From contig JBBRWS010000001.1 in the NCBI GenBank assembly GCA_038249055.1, forward strand, positions 14,244 to 78,243: a stretch of 64,000 nucleotides of DNA, given 5' to 3'. Source of the stretch: Minisyncoccia bacterium (GTDB lineage: Bacteria; Patescibacteriota; Minisyncoccia; Phycocordibacterales; UBA9973). The notes below the pieces were generated by a model that was not told where the DNA came from, made no database searches, and worked only from the letters and a program-made list of their open reading frames with translations. Position 1 is the first letter of the stretch; each line of letters opens with the position of its first letter. Made by a program: the position numbers and the translations under genes. Shown here in pieces: positions 47,719-57,612 of this stretch.

Positions 47719-48333
47719 ATGAAAAAAATTGGGCAAGGATGGCAATATACAACATACGACTTAGAAAATGGAAGGGTTTTAAAGAAATTTCATTCTTGGC
47801 AAAAAGCTTACTTTGTAATTTTTAGAGAAATTTTTCCATTCAACAAAGATTCATTTTTTGAAATTCCTAGTTTTATTAAAGATGTAAAAAGAAAAGCTGA
47901 TGAATCTTTTGAAATATTAAAAAGAAAAAATATTCCAAAAGAGTGGATGGCTAATCCAAAATTTATTAATAAATATGATTTTGAACAAGATAAAGTACTT
48001 CCTCTTCATGAAGTCTTTAAAGAATTAGATACTAAAGGCATCAAAAGCATCGTTAATCAATTTATTAAATTTAATTTAAAGTTATTAACTCTCGGTGTAA
48101 TAGATAAGGGTTTTAATATTACAAAAAATTATGGAATAGATAATAAGGGGCAAATTGTACTTATTGATATTGGGGAACTTTTTGATGATAGAAAGTTGAT
48201 AATAAAACAATTTAGAAATCATGGATGGGACAAGAGCTATGTGGCAGGGTGCATACAGAATAAAGAAGCACGAGAATATTTTATAGTAGAAATGTGTAAA
48301 AATTTTAATGAAGTTAAACTAACGAATATCTAA
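47719..48333 (+). CDS. Hypothetical small kinase-fold-like protein
   Basis: GQGWQYTTYDL..GRVLKK (Gly-loop plus Lys-like) and VLIDIGE (DFG-like); speculative. Confidence 0.3.
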   Translation: MKKIGQGWQYTTYDLENGRVLKKFHSWQKAYFVIFREIFPFNKDSFFEIPSFIKDVKRKADESFEILKRKNIPKEWMANPKFINKYDFEQDKVLPLHEVFKELDTKGIKSIVNQFIKFNLKLLTLGVIDKGFNITKNYGIDNKGQIVLIDIGELFDDRKLIIKQFRNHGWDKSYVAGCIQNKEAREYFIVEMCKNFNEVKLTNI

Positions 48334-48445
48334 TTAATTTTTTTATAACCTTACAGCCATTTATCAGAACTTGCTTATAGGAAATATAAGGAGGTTTTGA
48401 ATGATTGAGGGTCTATGGTTATAAATTTAATTAAAGGGTAGGGTA

Positions 48446-48474
48446 TTGACAAATAATTAAATATATGCTAAACT
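48446..48474 (+). promoter_or_regulatory. Candidate promoter ttgaca-N17-taaact
   Basis: Consensus -35 with 17-bp spacer in long 5' region of ORF 48588. Confidence 0.35.
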
Positions 48475-48587
48475 GTAAAGTAACTTTGTTTTTTGACATT
48501 TTTGATTCTAAGTTATTTTGTTTGCTGTTTCAAGGGTCTCTAAGGATTTTTGAGACAGTAAATAATTTAACTTAAATCTATAATAAA

Positions 48588-49304
48588 ATGGAAGTTCAAA
48601 AAACATTATCACTAACAACTAAGCAAGAAAAAAACTTATTACTCTTACTTTTGGGTGAACCAAATGATTTGGATCTTACAAAAGATCAAGCAAATCAGAT
48701 TATGGCTAATCTTGAGAAAACATTATCAACAATGTATTTAAGTGATGATAATCGATTTGGTCCAGCTTCTGAAACTTTCAGAATCACGGTTCCAGAAAAT
48801 TATAATCACGAAACACAAATTGATGAGTTTGCTAGCTCATGGATGGTGGAACAATCAGAGCATGATAAATACCACAACAAACCTCAACTCGTTGGATATT
48901 TTGATAGAGGTTTAACTAGTAAAAACTACGAAAAGGCTACTTATCAATTGGTCCCTGGTAAAAAATACTGGGTAAAATTGATTCCTATCCTAGATACAGT
49001 TAATGGTAAAGACTGCTTAGAGTTTTCGAAAAAACAAGGGGCTGTATTGGTTGGAGTACAAGGTCTAACCTTACTATGTGAGATTGAACTTAAGAAGTTA
49101 TTAAGTGGATATTACACAAAAGGAACTCGGGTTTATTCTTTAGATGAGCAACAGGCATTATTTAACAACAATATACCTGTGTTATGCTTTACTGAAGATA
49201 GACACTTTGTTTCTTGTCCTAACTCTTTAGATTTTTATACTCATGAGTATGAAAAGGAGATATATTATAAAAATTTTTTGTTGTGTTTCTTTGAACTGAC
49301 ATAA
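48588..49304 (+). CDS. Hypothetical protein, GC-richer than neighbours
   Basis: ORF; locally elevated GC by eye. Confidence 0.35.
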   Translation: MEVQKTLSLTTKQEKNLLLLLLGEPNDLDLTKDQANQIMANLEKTLSTMYLSDDNRFGPASETFRITVPENYNHETQIDEFASSWMVEQSEHDKYHNKPQLVGYFDRGLTSKNYEKATYQLVPGKKYWVKLIPILDTVNGKDCLEFSKKQGAVLVGVQGLTLLCEIELKKLLSGYYTKGTRVYSLDEQQALFNNNIPVLCFTEDRHFVSCPNSLDFYTHEYEKEIYYKNFLLCFFELT

Positions 49305-49383
49305 CAAAAAATTACTATTTGATAGTAGCAGTCTAATTGATTGCTACTATTTTTTTTATAAAGTATTATAATAAGCAGATTAT

Positions 49384-49905
49384 ATGGAAAAATTTACTAT
49401 AGCCGTCGGTACAACTTCAAACCAAAAGATTGGCTATTTAAAAGAGGTCTTAAAAGAATTAGATATTAAATCCGTTATTATACCCATTAGTGTAGAAAGT
49501 GGAGTTGCTGAACAGCCAATAACATCAAATGAAACTAAAAAAGGTTCTAAAAATAGAGCAAAAAATGTGATTAAAGAAGTTAATCATTTTGATTTTGCTT
49601 TAGGTATTGAAATTGGATATCATAAATATTTAAAAAATAAATATGAAATTTTTTGCTGGGTGACTTTAATCGATAAACTTGGCTATAAAATATCCGGACA
49701 ATCTCATAAATTTCTTTTACCAAAATATCACCAAAATTTTTTAAATGATGGCAAAAATCTTGGTGATAACTTAGACGGTTACTCTAAAAAAATAAAAAAT
49801 TCTATGGACATATATATAGAAGATATGATTCGTCACAGAAAACCTTTTATAGTAGGTGCATTGAAAGATGTATTGGTTAGATATTTTAAAAAAGAAGATT
49901 ATTAA
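49384..49905 (+). CDS. Inosine/xanthosine triphosphatase-like (YjjX/DUF84, Maf/Ham1 superfamily)
   Basis: N-terminal FTIAVGTTSNQKI and VESGVAEQP resemble YjjX motifs. Confidence 0.5.
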   Translation: MEKFTIAVGTTSNQKIGYLKEVLKELDIKSVIIPISVESGVAEQPITSNETKKGSKNRAKNVIKEVNHFDFALGIEIGYHKYLKNKYEIFCWVTLIDKLGYKISGQSHKFLLPKYHQNFLNDGKNLGDNLDGYSKKIKNSMDIYIEDMIRHRKPFIVGALKDVLVRYFKKEDY

Positions 49906-49987
49906 AAAAGTGAATAATTATAATAATTTTTAAAATGTTTTTATGTTATAATTAAAATAAAATTATCAATTTTAAATAAATAAATTC

Positions 49988-50956
49988 ATGGATACTAATA
50001 AAATAAATATTGATATGTCAGATGATGAAAAAGAAAAAAAGATGCTTCAAATGATTGAAGAGCGTTTTAAAACCATATTTGAGCAAGCACCTTTAGGTAT
50101 TGCTTTAATTGATTCTAATACAGGGCATATATACGAAGTTAATTCACGCTTTGCTAAAATTTGTGGCAGATCAGTAGAAGAGATGTCAAATATTGATTGG
50201 ATGCAAATAACGCATCCTGATGATATAAAAAAAGACCAAGAAAATATGGCTTTATTAAATGCTGGTAAAATACATGAGTTTAGTATGGAAAAACGCTATA
50301 TTCATCCTGATGGTAAAATTGTTTGGATTAATATGACGATTGCCCCATTAAAATCCGATGATAATACAAGCCCACGTCATTTGTGTATGATAGAAGATAT
50401 TACTGAACGTAAGCATCTGGATGAAAATATTTATAATTCTCAAATGTTGTTAAAAAGAATAATTAATCTTTTGCCGGTAAGAATATTTTGGAAGGATAAA
50501 AAATTAGTATATCTTGGTTGTAATAATATTTTTGCCAAAGATGCAGGTAAAAATAGTCCCGAGGAGCTAATTGGTAAGGATGATTTCGATATGGGATGGA
50601 AAGATCAAGCTAAATTATATCAAGACGACGATTTATTGGTTATAAATTCAGGAAAACCAAAACTTAATTTTGAAGAAGTTCAAACTACCCCTAATGGAGA
50701 AACAATATGGTTACGAACAAATAAAGTACCTCTAACTAATTTAGAAGGTAATGTAATTGGTATTTTGGGCTCCTATGAAGATATTACAAAAAATAAACTA
50801 GCGGAAGATGAAATAAAAAAATCTAAAGATGATTTACTATTAAAAATTGATGAATTAGATAGGACTATAAAATTAATGGTTGGAAGAGAATTAAGTATGA
50901 TTGAATTAAAAAATAAAATTACTGAATTAGAAAAAATTATTTCAAATTGTAAATAA
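49988..50956 (+). CDS. Tandem PAS-domain sensor protein without recognisable output domain (paralog of 40192-41097)
   Basis: ..THPDDIKKD..YIHPDGKIVW.. PAS S-box; C-terminal LMVGRELSMIELKNKI. Confidence 0.65.
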   Translation: MDTNKINIDMSDDEKEKKMLQMIEERFKTIFEQAPLGIALIDSNTGHIYEVNSRFAKICGRSVEEMSNIDWMQITHPDDIKKDQENMALLNAGKIHEFSMEKRYIHPDGKIVWINMTIAPLKSDDNTSPRHLCMIEDITERKHLDENIYNSQMLLKRIINLLPVRIFWKDKKLVYLGCNNIFAKDAGKNSPEELIGKDDFDMGWKDQAKLYQDDDLLVINSGKPKLNFEEVQTTPNGETIWLRTNKVPLTNLEGNVIGILGSYEDITKNKLAEDEIKKSKDDLLLKIDELDRTIKLMVGRELSMIELKNKITELEKIISNCK

Positions 50957-51026
50957 CAACTATACTATTCTTTTATATTTAAACATTATATAAAAAATAG
51001 GGGCATAATATTACAAAATATATTAC

Positions 51027-51060
51027 AATAAATAACCATCTAATTAGATGGTTATTTATT
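51027..51060. terminator. Bidirectional hairpin aataaataaccatct-aatt-agatggttatttatt
   Basis: Perfect 15-bp stem between convergent genes. Confidence 0.6.
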
Positions 51061-51076
51061 GTAATATATTTACTAT

Positions 51077-52288
51077 TTAAATATTATTATATTTTTCACC
51101 AATAATTTTATATGCATCTCGAAAAGGTATATTTTTTTCTTTTACAAGTTCGTATGCTTCTTCTGTTGCATATATTTCAGTTGAACATGCTTTTTTTAAC
51201 ATTTCTTTATTTATGACGATGTTATCTACTATAAGTGAAGTTATTTTAATTGTGTCGATAGCATTTTTTACACCTTTTAAATATGGTTCTTTTGTTAACT
51301 GAAAACCTCTGCTGTATCCCGAAGGTAATTTCTCCGTTATGTTTTGAAGTTGAGAAATAATTCCATTAAACAAAGATACGTTGGCGATTGAAAGTTCTAA
51401 CACATCATAATTATGTTTCTGTGGCATAACACTTGAGCCAGTAGTAAATTCATTTGGCAAAGAGACAAAATTATATTCTTTGGTTGTAAACAACATTAAA
51501 TCAGTGCAAAGTTTTCCAATATCAAACATTATTAATGATAAAGTTTGAAGTATAATAAGTTCAAATTTTCCTCTTGATAATGCACAGTACATAGGATTTT
51601 CTTGTGTATGTGAAAACCCTAATATTTTCGTTGTTAAATTTCTATTTAAACCTAAAGTATTTTCACCATATCCTGCAACTGAACCAAGAGGATTTTGGTC
51701 TATTATTTTTAAGGTGCTATTTAATATAATTAAATCGTCCCTTAATGCATCTCTAAATGATCCTAGCCAAACAGAAACTGAGCTCGGCATTGCTTTTTGC
51801 ATATGCGTATATCCAGGCATAATTACTTTATTATGTTTTTTTATTTTTTTATTCAATGAATGAATTAATTTGTTAGTTTCTTTAATGGATTCAATTATTT
51901 TTTCCTTCATATGTAATCTCAGAGCAGTTAATATTTGGTCATTTCTTGATCTTCCTGTATGAATTTTTTTACCTACATCACCACAAATATTGGTTAAATA
52001 ATTCTCTATAGCTGTATGACAATCTTCATCATTTTTTTCAATCTTAAAATTTCCAGTTCTTAAATCTTTGATTAAAAGTTTTAATCCTTTAATTAAGGAA
52101 TTCAATTCTTTATTTGAGAGAATTTTAATTGCATAAAGCATTTTAGCGTGAGCAATAGATGCTTTAATATCATATTCGATAAGTTCTTTATCTAATATGT
52201 AATCTATCCCTACCGTATAATTTTCAATTTGTTTATTAAGTGTATTTTGGCCCGATTTTTGCCAAAGTTTACTATTTTTTGTTTCCAT
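51077..52288 (-). CDS. argH: Argininosuccinate lyase (short, 403 aa)
   Basis: HTGRSRNDQ and GSSVMPQKHN fumarase/lyase signatures. Confidence 0.9.
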   Translation of the reverse strand: METKNSKLWQKSGQNTLNKQIENYTVGIDYILDKELIEYDIKASIAHAKMLYAIKILSNKELNSLIKGLKLLIKDLRTGNFKIEKNDEDCHTAIENYLTNICGDVGKKIHTGRSRNDQILTALRLHMKEKIIESIKETNKLIHSLNKKIKKHNKVIMPGYTHMQKAMPSSVSVWLGSFRDALRDDLIILNSTLKIIDQNPLGSVAGYGENTLGLNRNLTTKILGFSHTQENPMYCALSRGKFELIILQTLSLIMFDIGKLCTDLMLFTTKEYNFVSLPNEFTTGSSVMPQKHNYDVLELSIANVSLFNGIISQLQNITEKLPSGYSRGFQLTKEPYLKGVKNAIDTIKITSLIVDNIVINKEMLKKACSTEIYATEEAYELVKEKNIPFRDAYKIIGEKYNNI

Positions 52289-53513
52289 CTTTTTTTATAT
52301 TATTTCTTTTAATGTTTTGAAGTCGAAGTGGTAGAGCCATTAGTTTAATAAATCCGATTGCATCTTTTGGTGTATATGCTCCACCATCATCATCCATGGT
52401 TGCAATATTTATGTCATACAATGAACATGGAGATTTTCTACCAGTGATAGTTATATTTCCCTTATAAAGTTCTAACCTTACAGTTCCAGTTACATATTTT
52501 TGAGTTTCATCAATAAATGCATTCAGCGCTTTCATTTTATCGGAAAACCAAAATCCATTATATGTAAGTTCTGCAAATTCAGGCATTAATTTGTCTCTTA
52601 AATGAATAAGGTCTCTATCTGTTGTTATACTTTCCATAGCTCTGTGAGCTTTCCATAATATAGTTGCTCCAGGAGTTTCGTAAACTCCACGTGATTTCAT
52701 TCCAACAAAACGATTTTCTACTAAGTCTAAACGACCAATCCCGTTTATTGAACCCAAGTTATTTAGAGTCTGCATAATTTTTAATGGGTTCATTTTTTTA
52801 TCATTTATTTTAATTGGAATACCTTTTTCAAATGCAATCGTTATACCAGTTATTTTATTTGGTGCTTTTTGGGGAGAGACTGTATACTCATACATTTCGG
52901 TTGGTGGTTTGAACCAAGGGTCTTCTAATACTCCTGATTCAAAAGATATGTGCATTAAATTTTCATCTGTTGACCAAGGGGCCTTTTTTGTAGCTTTGAT
53001 AGGGATATTATTTTCTTTAGCAAAAGCGATCATTTCCGCTCTTCCTGGAAATTGAGCTAAAAATTCCTCATTTTTCCAAGGTGCCAGTATTTTTATATCA
53101 GGTTTTAATGCATAGTATGTTATTTCAAAACGTACTTGGTCATTTCCTTTTCCTGTAGCTCCATGAGATACAATAGTTGCTTTTTCTTTATTTAGAATTT
53201 CAATTTGTTTCTGAGCTATTATTGGACGTGCAAGGGAAGTTCCCAAATAATATTCTCCCTCATATTGAGCATTCCATTTTAGTGCGGTAAAAACATATTT
53301 ATTTATAAATTCTTCTTTAGCATCTATAACATATACTTTGGATGCTCCACAAATTGTAATTGCCTTATGCTTTATTTTTTCTATATCTGATACTTTTTGT
53401 CCTATATCGACCAAACAACAAATAACCTCATAACCTTTATCGACTAACCATTTTACAATAATGGAAGTATCTAAACCTCCAGAGTATGCCAAAACAATTT
53501 TTTCTTTTTTCAT
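52272..53513 (-). CDS. argG: Argininosuccinate synthase
   Basis: AYSGGLDTS PP-loop, full-length 413 aa. Confidence 0.95.
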   Translation of the reverse strand: MKKEKIVLAYSGGLDTSIIVKWLVDKGYEVICCLVDIGQKVSDIEKIKHKAITICGASKVYVIDAKEEFINKYVFTALKWNAQYEGEYYLGTSLARPIIAQKQIEILNKEKATIVSHGATGKGNDQVRFEITYYALKPDIKILAPWKNEEFLAQFPGRAEMIAFAKENNIPIKATKKAPWSTDENLMHISFESGVLEDPWFKPPTEMYEYTVSPQKAPNKITGITIAFEKGIPIKINDKKMNPLKIMQTLNNLGSINGIGRLDLVENRFVGMKSRGVYETPGATILWKAHRAMESITTDRDLIHLRDKLMPEFAELTYNGFWFSDKMKALNAFIDETQKYVTGTVRLELYKGNITITGRKSPCSLYDINIATMDDDGGAYTPKDAIGFIKLMALPLRLQNIKRNNIKKDGNKK

Positions 53514-53791
53514 AAAAAATAGTTTTTTAATAATAAAAGCGACCTCTGGACTTGAGATCGCTTTTAAATATTTATATTTTTTGGAGTTAGTTAATTATCA
53601 AATTAAATACTCTGAAGCGACCTCAAATTTTTTGAGTCGCCCCGACGAGATATTAAGTTGATAATCACTTTTGATATCATATTGATATGTTAGCAATATT
53701 ATAATCTTTTTGTCAAGATATGAATCTTATCATATAAAAAACCTGGCCACGGATGGTCAGGTTTTTTTTGTATTTATCTTTAAGAATATTC

Positions 53792-55114
53792 TTAAAGTAG
53801 GTTACTGGCAAGTTCCGCCAGATAAGAGCGTTCTCCTTTCATTAAAGCAACATGAGCATAAATGCTTTGCCCTTTAAATTTGGAAATGACATAGCTTAGC
53901 CCGTTTGAATTTTGGTCGAGATACGGAGAATCAATTTGGGTTACATCACCCATAAAAATGATTTTTGTATCTTCTCCAGCGCGAGTAATAATAGCTTTTG
54001 CATCTTTGGGAGTTAAATTCTGGGCTTCATCAACAATGAAATATGTTTTTGGAATGCTCCTCCCTCGAATGAAGGTTAGGGGCTCCATGATGAAAATCCC
54101 ATCCTTTTCAAATTTGTCAATTATTTCCTTGTTTTTCCCTATGCTTTTAATAAGAGCAACATTGTCATATATACCACGCATATACGGAGAAAGTTTTTCT
54201 TTTGTATCACCAGGTAAATATCCAATATCCTTGTTCGAAAGTCCAATTATCTCACGAGTAAAGTAGAATTGGTTCATTTTATTCTCCTTTAATAGTTGTA
54301 ATCCTACAGCCGCAGCAATGAGAGTCTTACCTGTACCTGCTTTGCCCACAAGAGTTACAAAAGAAATATTAGGATCAAATAAAGCTGACATCGCAAATGT
54401 TTGTTCAGCATTTAATGCGCTTATTCCGAAAGGTTTTAAATTTCCTTTTGTAACCAAGTGAATTTCTTTTTTCTTGAAACAAGCAAGAGCTGTATTTTTT
54501 TCAGACTCAAGAAAAATGAATTCATTTTCGTATAGATTCTCTTTCTTTTGTAAATTGATTTTTCCCTTGGAATACAATTCTTCAACTTCTTTTTCAGATA
54601 CAATAATTTCTTGTGCTTTTGCATAGAATGAATTTACATTTGAAACGATATCATTCTTGTAGTCTTCGGCAGCTACTCCCAAAGCCCCAGCTTTTAAGCG
54701 AAGATTTCCATCTTTAGAAACTAAAATAACTTTAATTCCTTTTTTCACAATTTCATCATCAATTGAGAGATTGTAGGCAGCATTTAGAATCAGGTGGTCA
54801 GTTTCTTTCGATGAGAAAATTTTCTTTACATTCTCATGAAAAGGATATCCTACAATAATTCTCATCTTGCCCAAGCCTTCTCCTAAAGGCGCACCGCCAT
54901 TGTAAAGAAGTTTAACAGGTAATTTTTCAATTTCCCGGATTGCTTCTCTCGCGTTGAAATTAATCGAGTCAGATCCTTTTTTAAACTTATCCAACTCGCT
55001 AATAACTTCAATAGGAATCACAATATCATTCTCTTTAAAAGATGAGAGGGACTCACTGTCATGCAAGATGACATTTGTGTCCAAGACAAAAAGCTTCTTT
55101 TGTTGCTTTTTCAT
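53792..55114 (-). CDS. phoH: PIN-domain plus PhoH-like ATPase (YlaK-type)
   Basis: N-terminal LFVLDTNVILHD PIN, Walker A GKAGTGKT, PhoH C-terminal. Confidence 0.85.
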   Translation of the reverse strand: MKKQQKKLFVLDTNVILHDSESLSSFKENDIVIPIEVISELDKFKKGSDSINFNAREAIREIEKLPVKLLYNGGAPLGEGLGKMRIIVGYPFHENVKKIFSSKETDHLILNAAYNLSIDDEIVKKGIKVILVSKDGNLRLKAGALGVAAEDYKNDIVSNVNSFYAKAQEIIVSEKEVEELYSKGKINLQKKENLYENEFIFLESEKNTALACFKKKEIHLVTKGNLKPFGISALNAEQTFAMSALFDPNISFVTLVGKAGTGKTLIAAAVGLQLLKENKMNQFYFTREIIGLSNKDIGYLPGDTKEKLSPYMRGIYDNVALIKSIGKNKEIIDKFEKDGIFIMEPLTFIRGRSIPKTYFIVDEAQNLTPKDAKAIITRAGEDTKIIFMGDVTQIDSPYLDQNSNGLSYVISKFKGQSIYAHVALMKGERSYLAELASNLL

Positions 55115-55238
55115 AACCTAGTTTTTAGTGAATATCAAAGACTATATTTATCTTAAAATTACTCTTTATCGGGGGATATGTCAATTAAATAAACGCCTGC
55201 AAAGATTAATCTTTGCAGGCATTTTAAATGTCATTTTT

Positions 55239-55670
55239 TTAGTTCAATCCAGTAAAATTTAAACCAACGGAGTCAAAAGTATAAACAGCTATTTCTATAT
55301 ATTTCCATAATATAATAAAAATAGGTCTTTTAATTTTTCCTTCACTTAACAACATAACTCCATGCAGTAAATACCTTTGACTGTCTAAATTACCGAGTAA
55401 AACTCTGGTTGACAAGGATAATTGTGAAGTCATTTCTTCACCCATAGTTGTTTCTATGTAGCAATTATTGTTGGTAAAAAATGTACCCGGTAAAATTACT
55501 TCGTCGATAATAATTTTTGATTTAATTTCAATCGGTTCTCCATGTTCAGTTTGTTTTTCTATTAACCCAGACATTTCGATTTCAGGGATTAAATAGTCGA
55601 CAAATAATTTCCATTTTTCCTCATCATATTCTAAATAGATGATATCAGTAGCCAAAATTGTTAAATCCAT
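55239..55670 (-). CDS. Hypothetical protein
   Basis: ORF only. Confidence 0.35.
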   Translation of the reverse strand: MDLTILATDIIYLEYDEEKWKLFVDYLIPEIEMSGLIEKQTEHGEPIEIKSKIIIDEVILPGTFFTNNNCYIETTMGEEMTSQLSLSTRVLLGNLDSQRYLLHGVMLLSEGKIKRPIFIILWKYIEIAVYTFDSVGLNFTGLN

Positions 55671-55900
55671 AGTCTATTTTTTTTAGTTTTGTTTACTGGT
55701 TTTAATTTAGATTATTCTTTTTAATATTTATTGTCAACGTTTAGTAATAATTGTTCTTGTTGGTTCATGTGGCAAGAATTGGTGATTTGCGGATAGTTTA
55801 TTAGAACTTGACCATATAAAATTCAAGTGGATTTAAGGATTTTGAATATAAAAAGAAGCATCCATTTCTGAATGCTTCTATTTCATTAACACAATAAAAA

Positions 55901-56344
55901 TTAATTTTCATCGCCAACTTCTTGGATTATTTTCACAAAAGAGCCACGACTTTTACCATAAGAATGTCCAAGTAAAAGATTTCGTATTCCTCTATAAGTT
56001 TCCTGGTCAGAATTGAACGAGAAACGATTATACCACCAGTAATAACGGAAGCCTTCGAATTTTATAAGTTCTTTCCACTGCGTAGTGTCAAACTGTACGA
56101 GTCTGCAATCCATGTTGCGAGTCGCAGAAGTAATACAAACTCTTTGGGGTCTGGTATCAATCTTTGTTGCCAAAACCCACGGTAAAGTTAAATGGTGTCC
56201 AGCACGTTGATCTGATTTTAATTCACCAGTAAAAACATTGAATGTTATACCAAATTCATAACTATCCGTGTAGTGGTAAAAAGAAAGATAACAAGTAAAA
56301 ATTATTATTGCGATAATACTCACAATTTTTATGTTCTTTTTCAT
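55901..56344 (-). CDS. Membrane-anchored SPFH-like (band 7-like) short protein
   Basis: TM then SYEFGITFNVFTGEL..LTLPWVLATKIDTRPQRV resembling SPFH N-terminal strand motifs; weak. Confidence 0.35.
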   Translation of the reverse strand: MKKNIKIVSIIAIIIFTCYLSFYHYTDSYEFGITFNVFTGELKSDQRAGHHLTLPWVLATKIDTRPQRVCITSATRNMDCRLVQFDTTQWKELIKFEGFRYYWWYNRFSFNSDQETYRGIRNLLLGHSYGKSRGSFVKIIQEVGDEN

Positions 56345-56917
56345 TTACTGCGTTTTTACAGGTAGATAATTTTGCAGAGTATCTGCTGTTGTTGATGTTG
56401 TGGTCATAATTTCAAGGAACGTATATTTCTTTTGTAAATGTTCCTTGCTGTAACCATCTGTTGCACATCCTTCATACGCATATATTTTCAATATCTGCGA
56501 TAAAGTTTCCTGGTCGTAATCCATTCTTCCGTGGTATTCAAGTAATTGAATGAGACCTACCGGTTTGAAGCGTACCAACATTGCGTTTAGCACGCGAGTA
56601 TTTACACCACTCGTACTAGTACTACTACCTGATATATTTGCCTCAATACGAATTTGTACGGGGCGTGTATCGATAGTATGTATTTCTACAAAAAAGGGTG
56701 TAATACGGTGCCAACCAGTTCTTGTAAGCATAGTAGTTTGGCCTGTAGCTTTGTCAAATTTATAGCCCAGTTCATAACTGTCTACGAATGTCCACCAATT
56801 GTAACGGTAGATTATTCCTCCAATCAAAATTACAACTACAAGAATCCCAGTAATGATCCATCTTTTTTCCGAAGTTTCCATAATATTAGTGTTTTTTAAG
56901 GTGACGCCTTTCGGCAA
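56345..56917 (-). CDS. Membrane-anchored SPFH-like short protein, tandem paralog
   Basis: SYELGYKFDKATGQ..ITPFFVEIHTIDTRPVQIRI aligns with neighbour; locally higher GC. Confidence 0.35.
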   Translation of the reverse strand: MPKGVTLKNTNIMETSEKRWIITGILVVVILIGGIIYRYNWWTFVDSYELGYKFDKATGQTTMLTRTGWHRITPFFVEIHTIDTRPVQIRIEANISGSSTSTSGVNTRVLNAMLVRFKPVGLIQLLEYHGRMDYDQETLSQILKIYAYEGCATDGYSKEHLQKKYTFLEIMTTTSTTADTLQNYLPVKTQ

Positions 56918-57054
56918 TTTTGTCCTAATATATCATATAAAGTACATTTTGTCAATGGTGACTCTACAGGTATTTATTAAAACTCTATTGTTGATAACAC
57001 AAGGAGATTTAATGGTTTTATGTTTATTTATTATAAGATGCTAATATCTAAAAT

Positions 57055-57612
57055 ATGGATGAAGATATTAAATTAATTAATTTATATATTTCAGGTGATG
57101 ATAAAGTTTTAAAACAAATCATAGAAAAGTATACTCCGCAAATTTATAACTTTGTTCGACGTTTTGTTGGAAGTGATGAATCAAACGATGTTACTCAAGA
57201 AATTTTTATTAAAATCTGGAAAAATCTTAAAAAGTTTAATAAAGATAAATCAAGTTTTAAAACTTGGATTTTTGTTATTGCTCGAAATACAGTTATTGAT
57301 TTTAATCGAAAAAGGAAGGTCGTTGTATTTTCTAGTTTAGATGATGAAGAAAATAATTTTGAAGAAAATATAAAAGATGAAATAATTTTACCTGATGAAG
57401 CATTACAAAAATTACAAGATTCTGATTTTTTAAATTCATTATTAGAAAAACTACCAGAACAATATAAAACGGTTTTGATTCTTTACTATCAAGAAGAAAT
57501 GACTTTTAATGAAATATCTCAAGTTTTAAAAAAACCATTAAATACAATCAAAAGTCATCATTTTCGTGCTATCTCTCAATTAAGGAAGATAATTGCACCA
57601 AATGTTGATTGA
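57055..57612 (+). CDS. ECF-family RNA polymerase sigma-70 factor
   Basis: Region 2 (FVRRFVGSDESNDVTQEIFIKIW) and region 4 HTH (MTFNEISQVLKKPLNTIKSHHFRA). Confidence 0.85.
   Translation: MDEDIKLINLYISGDDKVLKQIIEKYTPQIYNFVRRFVGSDESNDVTQEIFIKIWKNLKKFNKDKSSFKTWIFVIARNTVIDFNRKRKVVVFSSLDDEENNFEENIKDEIILPDEALQKLQDSDFLNSLLEKLPEQYKTVLILYYQEEMTFNEISQVLKKPLNTIKSHHFRAISQLRKIIAPNVD

Noticed and set aside
56550-57044. Plus-strand ORFs 56550-56765, 56654-56899 and 56853-57044
   Set aside because: Antisense to or overlapping the SPFH-like genes and the sigma-factor upstream region; no domain signal.
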